This document shows positions 17,035 to 24,000 of a DNA stretch of 24,000 nt, piece by piece. The stretch spans positions 133,265 through 157,264 of the forward strand of contig NZ_PTIR01000012.1 in assembly GCF_002934455.1 (NCBI RefSeq), read 5' to 3'. A model generated the notes under the pieces. The model worked only from the letters and a program-made list of their open reading frames with translations. It was not told the DNA's origin and did no database searches. Each line of letters starts with the position of its first letter. Within the stretch, counting starts at the first letter, position 1. The position numbers and the translations under genes are program-made. Origin of the DNA: Trinickia symbiotica (GTDB lineage: Bacteria > Pseudomonadota > Gammaproteobacteria > Burkholderiales > Burkholderiaceae).

Positions 17035-17395
17035 ACAACCCGTACTCCTTGAGGATGGGCAGCAATGCCTCGGTAGTCACGGGCTTGGGGACGAAGGCGG
17101 CGGCGCCAAGGGCGCGCACACGCTCTTGCGCGAGGGGTTGGATGTCGGCCGATACGACGATCACGAAGGTATTGAGATCCTCATGTTGCAGCGCCTCGAG
17201 AACCTGATAGCCGTTCATGTCGGGCATCGTCAAATCGAGGAACATCACCGAGGCCTTACCAGCGCGATACAGCGCGAGCGCCTCTCGTCCGTTCGACGCA
17301 TATGCGACGTCGACGTCCCAGTCCTGCGGCAAGGCTTTCGTCAAAACCTTGCGGGCAAGCAGGGAGTCATCGGCGATCACAATCGGCAAAGGCAT
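17027..17395 (-). CDS. Single-domain CheY-like response regulator (receiver only)
   Basis: The 122-aa protein shows IVIADDS (acidic pocket), MFLDLTMPDMNG (phospho-Asp), VIVVSAD (Ser/Thr position) and FVPKP (Lys). There is no output domain. Its stop overlaps the cheC-like start by 8 nt. Confidence 0.9.
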   Translation of the reverse strand: MPLPIVIADDSLLARKVLTKALPQDWDVDVAYASNGREALALYRAGKASVMFLDLTMPDMNGYQVLEALQHEDLNTFVIVVSADIQPLAQERVRALGAAAFVPKPVTTEALLPILKEYGLYA

Positions 17396-17932
17396 GGCAA
17401 GCGTGGCGAAGAACGAAACAATCTATGCCGAGTTAACGGCGGCCCGAAACCCTTTCTTTAGCGAGAAGCGAGCTTGTGTCGACAGACTACGGCCGCTTTG
17501 GGGCGGTCGCCCTCAAGGTGCATCAGGGGACAGACGCAAGGCGCGGCGCGCGCATCGTCTCGTCGTGAAGCCTGCGCTTCACGGTGCGCCCGGAGACTGG
17601 TGGGCACATCTTTCGCGTAGAAGTGGAGCAAAATTCTGTTGGCAAACAGGCGAAAAATCAACTCCTTAATTTTCCGTCATGGGATAAGACATCATTCCAC
17701 CGTGAGATATGAGGAAAGAAAACCGTTTTGTTTGCGTCGAACGTGGAAGATTATTCTTTTGTGTACGTTTGCGCTTCCGATTTCGTCGCTGTTTTGCATC
17801 GACATATGAGCACCGCGCGGAGACCGGGGCCATTTCACAGGGTTCGGCTTCGGGGGAACCCGGCGTCAAGCGGAGCGACAAGTCGCTTATGATTGTGCCT
17901 GCCCACCGTACCCTCATTGGACCAGAATCGAC

Positions 17933-20182
17933 ATGACGCGCCACCGGGTGGACCGGCCCGCAGAGAACGACGCTCCTGGCAGCTGGCACGAAGAGCCGTC
18001 GTACCCGGCCGTACCGGAGCCCGATTTCGCGGTGCGTCGCGCGACGTTGATCGTGTTGTTGGCCGCGGCGATCGTGCTGCCTTTCATCTATGCGGCGACG
18101 ATGGCCTACTCGGATTTTCGAGCGCGCGTCGCCGCCGCGTCCGACGTGACCGTGCGCACGGTGCGCATTGCCGACGAGCATGCGCTGAAAGTATTCGACC
18201 TGAACGAAACGCTGAACGCGCGCGTCGACGATCTGGTGCACGGCCTCGACGACAGTCGGATACGGGCTCGAGAAGCCGATATCCACGATAAGCTGCAGGA
18301 GATCGGCGGCGGCTACCCGCAGGTCGCGTCGATTTCGATTTTCGGTGCGGGGGGCATGCTTCTCGCGAACAGCCGCTACTTTCCCGCGCCGCACGCCTCG
18401 ATTGCCGACCGGGAGGATTTCATCGGAATTCGCGGGGGCCGCATACTCGAGCACGTTTCGAGAACGATGACATGGCACGCCGGCGCCGGCGAAGCGATCT
18501 TCAACACAGGGGCCGCCCGGCGCAACGCGGACGGTTCGTTCGCCGGCCTCGTTTCCATCGCGCTGCGGCGTTCGTATTTCGAGTCGTTCTATCGCGAGCT
18601 GCTCGGTCAGGAAAGCCGCGCCATGACGATTTCGCTGATGCGCGCGGACGGCGCCGTGCTCGCCTCGTACCCGCCGAAGCCCGGCGGCGAGCAAGCGCTG
18701 CCACCCGCATTGTCGTCAGCGCTCGCGGCCAATGCGACCGCCGGCGTGCTGCGCATCGGCTCGTCGCCCGAAACGGGACGGGGTGAGATCCTGGCCTATC
18801 GGCGCGTCGGCTCATATCCGGTCTACGTCTCGTGCGCGTACAGCCGGGCCGTGATCTGGGGAGACTGGTATCGCCGGGCGACGGTACTCGTCGTCTCGAT
18901 GTTCGCGCCGTCGATCGTGCTCTGGATCGTGCTCGCCTTGTCGTTGAAGCGCCTCGCCGCCGAGCAGCAAGCCTGGTCGCGCTGGCAGGTGGAGGCTTCG
19001 ATGCGCCGCTCGATCGAAACGGCATACCGGCAGTCGCGCAAGATGGAGGCGCTCGGCAACCTCGTCGGCAGCGTCGCGCACGACTTCAACAACCTGTTGA
19101 TGATTATCGCGACGAACATCCAGATCGCGCGTCGCCGCGGCGCGTCGAATTTCGAGCGCGAACTCGGCGCCGTCGAGCGCGCCGTGAAAAGCGGGCAGTC
19201 GCTGACGCGTCAGTTGCTGGGCGTTGCGCGCAAGCAGCCGCTGCGCAACGAGACGATCGATCTCGCCCGCTGGATGGCGGCCAGCCGGGAGCTCCTGAAC
19301 GCTTCGCTGGGAGCGAAGGCCAGTCTCAGCCTCGACGTGGGGCCGGACGTATGGCCCATCGAAGTCGACATCGCGGAGCTCGAGCTCGCCCTCATCAATA
19401 TCGCCGTCAATGCGCGCGACGCGATGCCCAATGGCGGACGATTCACCCTTCGCGCAAGCAACGTCAAGCTCGAGCGAGCGAGCGGCTTCGCACTGGCCGG
19501 CGAATTCGTCCAGATCTCGTTGGAAGATACCGGCGCCGGCATGCCGCCCGACGTGCTCGCGCATGCATTCGAACCGCTTTACACCACGAAGGCGAAGGGC
19601 ATGGGCACGGGCCTCGGCCTGCCGCAGGTCTACGCGTTCTGCGAACGCTCGGGGGGACTGGCCACGATCGAAAGCAAGGTCGGCGAAGGCACGGCGGTGC
19701 GGCTCTACCTGCCCCGCTCGAGCGCCGCGCCTTCCGAAGCGCCAGCAGTCGAACGCAAGCCTGAAGCGCTCGCAATGATGAGCGGCTTACGTGTACTGCT
19801 CGTCGAGGACAACGACGAAGTCGCCGCCGGCACGGAAGCGCTGCTGCGGATGATGGGCCATGAAGTCAGCTGCGTGTACAACGCCGACGCGGCGATACCT
19901 CTGCTTTTCGACACGGCGCCGCCCCCGTTCGATGTCGTCATTTCGGACATTCACATGCCCGGCGCGAAGAACGGCATCGATCTGGCGGAAGCCGCGCAGG
20001 CCCTTACGACGCCGCTACCCGTGATCCTCATCACCGGTTATGCGCAGGAATTGGAGCGCGCAAGGAATGTCAAGGTGCGCGTGCTGTCAAAACCTTTTGA
20101 CATCGCATTGCTGGAGACGATGCTGGAGGGAATCCAGCGGGAGCGCGAGCAACGCGCCCAGGCTGCAGGCAAACCCAGCTGA
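17933..20182 (+). CDS. Hybrid sensor histidine kinase/response regulator with a Cache-like periplasmic domain
   Basis: TM1 (ATLIVLLAAAIVLPFIYAATMAY) and TM2 (VLVVSMFAPSIVLWIVLALSL) flank a periplasmic domain of about 240 aa. The H-box is LVGSVAHDFNNLLMII. The ATPase motifs are NARDAMPNGG, DTGAGMP and GTGLGLPQV. The C-terminal REC shows VLLVEDNDEV, VVISDIHMPG and VLSKPF. The start codon is less certain because no clear SD is present. Confidence 0.85.
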   Translation: MTRHRVDRPAENDAPGSWHEEPSYPAVPEPDFAVRRATLIVLLAAAIVLPFIYAATMAYSDFRARVAAASDVTVRTVRIADEHALKVFDLNETLNARVDDLVHGLDDSRIRAREADIHDKLQEIGGGYPQVASISIFGAGGMLLANSRYFPAPHASIADREDFIGIRGGRILEHVSRTMTWHAGAGEAIFNTGAARRNADGSFAGLVSIALRRSYFESFYRELLGQESRAMTISLMRADGAVLASYPPKPGGEQALPPALSSALAANATAGVLRIGSSPETGRGEILAYRRVGSYPVYVSCAYSRAVIWGDWYRRATVLVVSMFAPSIVLWIVLALSLKRLAAEQQAWSRWQVEASMRRSIETAYRQSRKMEALGNLVGSVAHDFNNLLMIIATNIQIARRRGASNFERELGAVERAVKSGQSLTRQLLGVARKQPLRNETIDLARWMAASRELLNASLGAKASLSLDVGPDVWPIEVDIAELELALINIAVNARDAMPNGGRFTLRASNVKLERASGFALAGEFVQISLEDTGAGMPPDVLAHAFEPLYTTKAKGMGTGLGLPQVYAFCERSGGLATIESKVGEGTAVRLYLPRSSAAPSEAPAVERKPEALAMMSGLRVLLVEDNDEVAAGTEALLRMMGHEVSCVYNADAAIPLLFDTAPPPFDVVISDIHMPGAKNGIDLAEAAQALTTPLPVILITGYAQELERARNVKVRVLSKPFDIALLETMLEGIQREREQRAQAAGKPS

Positions 20183-20247
20183 CAAAAGCCGGCGCGCCGC
20201 TTGCGGCGCAGCCAGACGAAGCAGAACGAAAGTAAGGGGAGAGCATC

Positions 20248-20874
20248 ATGCAACATACGGTTATCGCATTTTTCGATACGTACGATGCGGCCGAACGGGC
20301 ACGGGACATGCTAATCGCCGCGGGGCTCACGACCGAATCGATTTCGCTGCAGACACGGTGCGAGCCGACCTATGCGACCGACGCGACGACGGTCGCCGGA
20401 AAGGCACATGAGGACGAGGGGCTGCTCGCGAGCATCGAGCGATTCTTCGAATCGCTGTTTACGACGCAGCCGCAACGGTGTGAAACGGCGCAATACGCAG
20501 AGGCTATAAGGCGCGGCGCTGTCATGCTGAGCGTCGATGCGGCGACCGATGCTCAATGCCAACTTGCAAAGACCACGCTCGAGGGGACGAGTCCCATCGA
20601 CATCGAGGAACGGGCGTCGACCTGGTCCGCTCCGAGCGAGCAAGCGCTGCACGAGCGCTCGCCCCTCGAGGAGCTAGGCCTTCGCCGCAGTGCCCCGAAG
20701 GCACAGCCGGGCGGACCGGTGCGCAGCTTCGCCCATACTAGCGCGGAACCGGCACGGCGGAAAACGCCAGAGGACCCTCCGCTCGTGCCGCCCAAGTCGG
20801 TTCCCGACGAATACCTCCAAGACGAAGAGGAATTCGAGGACAAAGCCCATCGCAATGGAAGCAATCGCCCGTGA
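20248..20874 (+). CDS. Hypothetical stress-associated protein (YflT/general-stress-17M-like N-terminal domain, disordered acidic C-terminus)
   Basis: A good SD (AAGGGGAG) lies 7 nt upstream. The N-terminus VIAFFDTYDAAERARDMLIAAG...AEAIRRGAVMLSVDA resembles the small YflT/DUF1269-type stress domains. The rest is low complexity. The family assignment is from memory only. Confidence 0.55.
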   Translation: MQHTVIAFFDTYDAAERARDMLIAAGLTTESISLQTRCEPTYATDATTVAGKAHEDEGLLASIERFFESLFTTQPQRCETAQYAEAIRRGAVMLSVDAATDAQCQLAKTTLEGTSPIDIEERASTWSAPSEQALHERSPLEELGLRRSAPKAQPGGPVRSFAHTSAEPARRKTPEDPPLVPPKSVPDEYLQDEEEFEDKAHRNGSNRP

Positions 20875-20903
20875 CGCGCCGGCGTCGGGCGATTTCTCAT
20901 GTT
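20867..20903 (+). terminator. Candidate terminator hairpin overlapping the stop of the YflT-like gene
   Basis: GCCCG-tg-ACGC[gccg]GCGT-CGGGC (20867-20890) is followed by GATTTCTCATGTT. It lies between convergent genes. Confidence 0.35.
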
Positions 20904-20943
20904 CCCGGTGCGGCGGGAAACCAGGTATGAGGATTGACTGCCC

Positions 20944-21501
20944 TCACTTCTTGGCGACGTGCCGCTCGACCCAGGCCTCGTAGCGGCCAATGAAGCCTTG
21001 CAGGAACTGGCGCGTGTCTTCGCTCGCGATGGCGCCCTGCTCATCGAAGAATCCGTCGCTGTACTTGAGAAAGATTTCGGGTTGACCGAGGGTCGGCACG
21101 TCGAGGTATGCCAGCACGTTGCGCAAATGTTGCTGGGCCAATGCCGTGCCGGTCGCACCCAGCGAAATCCCGCATACACCAGCCGGCTTGTCCTTCCACG
21201 AGTTCGCACCCCATGGCCGGGAACCCCAATCGAGCGCATTCTTCAAAACGCCCGGCATCGATCGGTTGTACTCGGGCGTGACGAACAGCAGGCCGTCGGC
21301 GCTTTCTATTTGCTGCTTGAATTTTCGTGCGACTTCGGGAAAGTCGGGATCATAGTCCTGGCTGTAAAGAGGCAGTACGCCGATATCCACGAACGAAAAG
21401 TTTAAGTCCGCGCTCGCAAGCTTCGTCAGGGCGTGCGCCAGTTGCTTGTTGAACGAATCGCGGCGCAGGCTGCCGACGACCACTTCGATTTGATAGGCCA
21501 T
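20944..21501 (-). CDS. NADPH-dependent FMN reductase (ChrR/YieF-like flavoprotein)
   Basis: The sequence VVGSLRRDSFNKQLA...LLFVTPEYNRSMPGVLKNALDWGSRP...KPAGVCGISLG is a flavodoxin-like NADPH:FMN reductase signature. An SD GGAG lies 8 nt upstream of the ATG. Confidence 0.88.
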   Translation of the reverse strand: MAYQIEVVVGSLRRDSFNKQLAHALTKLASADLNFSFVDIGVLPLYSQDYDPDFPEVARKFKQQIESADGLLFVTPEYNRSMPGVLKNALDWGSRPWGANSWKDKPAGVCGISLGATGTALAQQHLRNVLAYLDVPTLGQPEIFLKYSDGFFDEQGAIASEDTRQFLQGFIGRYEAWVERHVAKK

Positions 21502-21638
21502 TGCTGTCGCTCCTATTCGCTAAGAACTGTTTGACGACATGTGCTGCCCTTCGATCATAGTCCGAAGGCGATCCGCACCGGCGGCCCTTTTCGCGCTCAG
21601 ACCAGTCCGGCGTCGGCCCGTCGCGGGTTTTGATCCGA

Positions 21639-21673
21639 CTTTCCACAACCTTTTCCACAGAAACTGTGGATAA
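21639..21673. promoter_or_regulatory. Cluster of three DnaA-box-like 9-mers
   Basis: CTTTCCACA (21639-21647) has one mismatch to TTWTNCACA. TTTTCCACA (21651-21659) matches TTWTNCACA. TGTGGATAA (21665-21673) is the reverse complement of the perfect TTATCCACA. The last two form the inverted repeat TCCACAG-aaa-CTGTGGA. Confidence 0.55.
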
Positions 21674-21828
21674 CTTGTCGCCTGCTGTTGGCGCTTACCA
21701 ATGGTCACATGTGTGTCATTGCCTTGACAGTACGGCTCCAAGGCGCAATGAGCGTACCCATCTTGCCCGCGCGGCGGCGCGGATCGATGCCCATATGCGC
21801 GTCTTTGTACGAGGGGCGCGCGACCGCT

Positions 21829-22188
21829 TCAATCCAGCAACGCTCGGATTGCCTCCGGAGGGCGACCGATCACCGCTCGCCCATCGCGAACGACAATCGG
21901 GCGCTGCAGCAGAATCGGATGCTTGGCGATCGCCTCATAGAGCGCGGCATCCGACAAGGCGGGGTCGGCAAGGCCCAGCTCTTGGTATACCGACTCAGTG
22001 TCTCGCATCATGGCGCGCACCGGACCACCGAGCATGCGATGCAGTTGCTCGAGGTCGTCGACGGTCGGCGGCTCTTTGAGATATTCGACGATACGGACGG
22101 ATTTGCCGGGTGCGGCTAGCGCATCGCGGACGAGATCGCATGCCGCTCTCGACTTCGAACAGCGGGCGTTGTGATAAATCGTGATCAT
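21829..22188 (-). CDS. arsC: Arsenate reductase, glutaredoxin-coupled ArsC family
   Basis: MITIYHNARCSKSR contains the catalytic Cys in the YHNxxCxxSR context. The Arg triad contexts VRAMMR, HPILLQRPIVV and IGRP align with the R773/E. coli ArsC pattern. Length is 119 aa. Confidence 0.85.
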   Translation of the reverse strand: MITIYHNARCSKSRAACDLVRDALAAPGKSVRIVEYLKEPPTVDDLEQLHRMLGGPVRAMMRDTESVYQELGLADPALSDAALYEAIAKHPILLQRPIVVRDGRAVIGRPPEAIRALLD

Positions 22189-22624
22189 CGTGTATTGCGG
22201 TTCTTGGAGGTTTGCTTCGATGTTCGAACAACTCGATTCTAGGGGCTATAAGAGATCAGAGAAAGCCACGATGCGCGTGACGACGGGTTCGAGAAAGCGC
22301 GCCGATTCTCTTGGCCGGCGTAACGGCGAACCGGCGTCGCGCGACAGATCCATCTCACTTTTGCCGTTCGCCTATCGCGTGTTGCAATTGATGGCATTGG
22401 TAGCGGAGATATAAAGCGTGTAATCTGTTTTGCCCTTCAATTTTCAATGTTGGTCAGTAGTGCAATTTGGTGGTTAGCATGCGATTCGCGCCTCCGTTGG
22501 CATTGGCAAGTTGCCGCGCGACGAAACGATCGCTCCGACCTATCCCAGTCATCTCGGCGACTAGTCCTCACGTCGCTGCAATGCTACTGGCCCGGTGGCG
22601 TGTCCATGCGGTTGCCGCAGCATC

Positions 22625-22638
22625 TTTATGCGCATAAA
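22625..22638. promoter_or_regulatory. parS-like centromere palindrome TTTATGCGCATAAA (copy 1)
   Basis: This is a perfect 14-bp palindrome, identical to the copies at 23038 and 23816, in non-coding DNA upstream of parA. Confidence 0.6.
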
Positions 22639-23037
22639 CCAGCGCAACGCGCAGCCCCGTCCAAGAGCAGGTCACCGAGGGAGGCATCCGCTGCATGATC
22701 TTGCTTAGAGCCCCCCCCATGAGGCAAATACGAACGCTAGGCGCTCTCGCGTCCCACGCCACCGGTCCACGAACTGTGCGTCCGGACCCCTACCGGCAAG
22801 TTACCGCGCCAAGGTGCGGTTAGTTTGATGATCTCGCTGCGGTGAGCGCGTGTCGTCGATGAACCTCATCCTAAGACTGACCGGGGTTCACAGTCCCGTA
22901 ATCAAAACGGCGAGCAGGGGCTCGACTCTCGATGCCGGTCGCGAGTAGTTGCCGTTGGATGGTGATTCGCATCGTATCGCCGAAGAGCGGCTATCGAAGT
23001 GCCACCCGCCGGCCACACAGCGCTCCATCGCCCTCGA

Positions 23038-23051
23038 TTTATGCGCATAAA
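23038..23051. promoter_or_regulatory. parS-like centromere palindrome TTTATGCGCATAAA (copy 2)
   Basis: This is a perfect 14-bp palindrome, about 45 bp upstream of the predicted parA -35 element. Confidence 0.6.
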
Positions 23052-23096
23052 CCACTGCCGAATGGCCAAGTGTCGTCAGCTCGCCACACAAAAACG

Positions 23097-23124
23097 TTGA
23101 AATAGAAATCCTTCAAGGTAGAAT
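23097..23124 (+). promoter_or_regulatory. Candidate sigma70-type promoter of parAB
   Basis: The elements are TTGAAA (23097-23102), a 16-nt spacer and TAGAAT (23119-23124). They are followed by SD AAGGAG (23138-23143) and the parA start. Confidence 0.5.
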
Positions 23125-23151
23125 TCCTCGACCTCTTAAGGAGTGAATAAA

Positions 23152-23814
23152 TTGGCAGCGGAAATCGTCGCGGTAACTCAACAAAAGGGCGGAGTCGGGA
23201 AGAGCACGATCGCCATGCACCTCGGCGCGGCCTTCCACGAAAAAGGGAAGCGGGTTCTCGTGGTCGATGCCGATGGTCAAAACACGCTGATCCACTGGGC
23301 CAGCGCATCGAATGACGGAGAAGCGGGCATTCCGTTTCCCGTCGTCAATCTCTCCGAAGCCGGCGGGCAGATCCATCGCGAGATCAAGAAGTTCATCAGC
23401 GACTACGACGTCATCGTCGTTGACTGCCCGCCCTCCATTACCGAGAAAGTCTCCGGCGTCGTTTTGTTGGCGGCTTCGATTGCAGTGATCCCTACGTCGT
23501 CATCGCCGGCTGATTACTGGTCGAGCGTCGGCCTCGTCAAGCTCGTTCAGCAAGCAAAAGTGATGAACGAGGACCTGCGCGCCGTTTTCCTCCTCAACAA
23601 GACGGAAGAAAAGCGAATGCTGACGCGCGAGTTGAAGCGCGCGCTCGAGGACCTCGGATTCCCGCTGTTGAAAACACAGATTCCAACCCGCGAAGCCTAC
23701 AAGCAGGCGATGGCGCTTGGACAAACCGTGCTGCAAATGAGCGACCGCGGTGCGAAACTCGCCGCCGCCGAAATTCGCGCGTGCGCCGACGAGATCGCCG
23801 CCTTGCTCCCATGA
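23152..23814 (+). CDS. parA: ParA-family partition ATPase (small, type Ib-like)
   Basis: The deviant Walker A is QQKGGVGKST. Other motifs are VLVVDADGQ and VIVVDCPPS. The start is assigned to TTG 23152, 8 nt after AAGGAG. The alternative GTG 23143 lies within the SD. Length is 220 aa. Confidence 0.88.
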   Translation: MAAEIVAVTQQKGGVGKSTIAMHLGAAFHEKGKRVLVVDADGQNTLIHWASASNDGEAGIPFPVVNLSEAGGQIHREIKKFISDYDVIVVDCPPSITEKVSGVVLLAASIAVIPTSSSPADYWSSVGLVKLVQQAKVMNEDLRAVFLLNKTEEKRMLTRELKRALEDLGFPLLKTQIPTREAYKQAMALGQTVLQMSDRGAKLAAAEIRACADEIAALLP

Positions 23815-23815
23815 G

Positions 23816-23829
23816 TTTATGCGCATAAA
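23816..23829. promoter_or_regulatory. parS-like centromere palindrome TTTATGCGCATAAA (copy 3)
   Basis: This is a perfect 14-bp palindrome in the 28-bp parA-parB spacer, starting 2 nt after the parA stop. Confidence 0.6.
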
Positions 23830-23842
23830 GGACGACACCCTC

Positions 23843-24000
23843 ATGAAACCTTCCCAGTTCGCCAAAGGCTTTCAAACGCGCCCCGACACGACGAGTAGCG
23901 AGAAGCGAACCGCACTCGATCGCCTTAATGCCATCGACAACTTGGTGAAGAACGATGCGCCTGCGGTAACCAAGCCGGCGGCGTCTCTGCATGAAGTGCC
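23843..24000 (+). CDS. parB: Probable ParB-family partition protein, 3'-truncated by the window edge
   Basis: The frame opens at ATG 23843 (MKPSQFAKGFQTRPDTTSSEKRTALDRLNAIDNLVKNDAPAVTKPAASLHEV...) and runs to the window end. Its position immediately downstream of parA and a parS site supports the call. The 52 visible residues are the poorly conserved N-terminus, so the call rests mainly on context. Confidence 0.55.
   Translation, partial: MKPSQFAKGFQTRPDTTSSEKRTALDRLNAIDNLVKNDAPAVTKPAASLHEV

Noticed and set aside
17666-19764. ORFs 17666..18694(-), 18812..19564(-) and 18832..19764(+)
   Set aside because: These are antisense or out-of-frame shadows of the hybrid histidine kinase.
21520-22119. 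ORFs 21520..21741(-), 21630..22079(+) and 21688..22119(+)
   Set aside because: The plus-strand ORFs are antisense to arsC. The minus-strand 73-aa ORF spans the DnaA-box region, lacks an SD and has no protein-like features.
22825-22906. tRNA-like fragment: T-arm-like hairpin CGGGG-TTCACAG-TCCCG (22882-22898) with a 6/7-bp acceptor-like pairing to 22825-22831
   Set aside because: The T-loop lacks the conserved A58. No acceptable D-arm or anticodon arm can be folded, the length is 82 nt, and there is no CCA or discriminator context. At most it is a decayed remnant.
22181-23308. Small ORFs 22181..22414(+), 22447..22698(+), 22568..22762(-), 22888..23091(-) and 23039..23308(-)
   Set aside because: They have no SD sequences and implausible compositions (Trp/Cys/Arg-rich). 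They overlap parS sites or the parA promoter and 5' end. I treated the region as non-coding.
1-24000. Looked for CRISPR repeats, IS elements/inverted terminal repeats, integrases, toxin-antitoxin pairs, restriction-modification or other defence genes, and rRNA/tRNA genes
   Set aside because: I could recognise none by eye. The only multi-copy exact repeat is the 14-bp parS-like palindrome. A computational repeat, Rfam and defence-system scan would be needed to exclude small or novel elements.

Overview
This is a high-GC window that looks like Burkholderia sensu lato (Burkholderiaceae). I cannot confirm the taxon without a database search. Most of it (about 1-15.3 kb) is a hopanoid biosynthesis and transport island: hpnA (5'-truncated), an orphan ORF, hpnB(-), an ispH paralog, hpnH, an embedded sCache-histidine kinase/NarL-type regulator pair, hpnM(-), hpnN, an MlaA/VacJ-like lipoprotein, then hpnG-shc-hpnD on the minus strand. 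A signalling block follows (15.5-20.2 kb). It holds a translationally coupled cheY-like/cheC-like/PAS-GGDEF operon on the minus strand, divergent from a hybrid Cache-type histidine kinase. Next come three small stress/redox genes (YflT-like, NADPH:FMN reductase, glutaredoxin-type arsC). The window ends in a roughly 950-bp non-coding region and the start of a parA-parB partition locus. Three copies of a perfect 14-bp palindrome (TTTATGCGCATAAA), which I read as parS centromere sites, decorate that locus, and a tight cluster of three DnaA boxes lies 1.5 kb upstream. This suggests the window abuts the maintenance/origin region of a secondary replicon. I found no rRNA, tRNA, CRISPR array, IS element, integrase or recognisable defence system. 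The leads I consider most interesting are a possible RND + MlaC-like + MlaA-like hopanoid conveyor, the CheY/CheC/diguanylate-cyclase module, the two-component system inside the hpn cluster, and the parS/DnaA-box architecture. Many long ORFs in the track are antisense or out-of-frame 'shadow' ORFs typical of high-GC DNA, and I rejected them.
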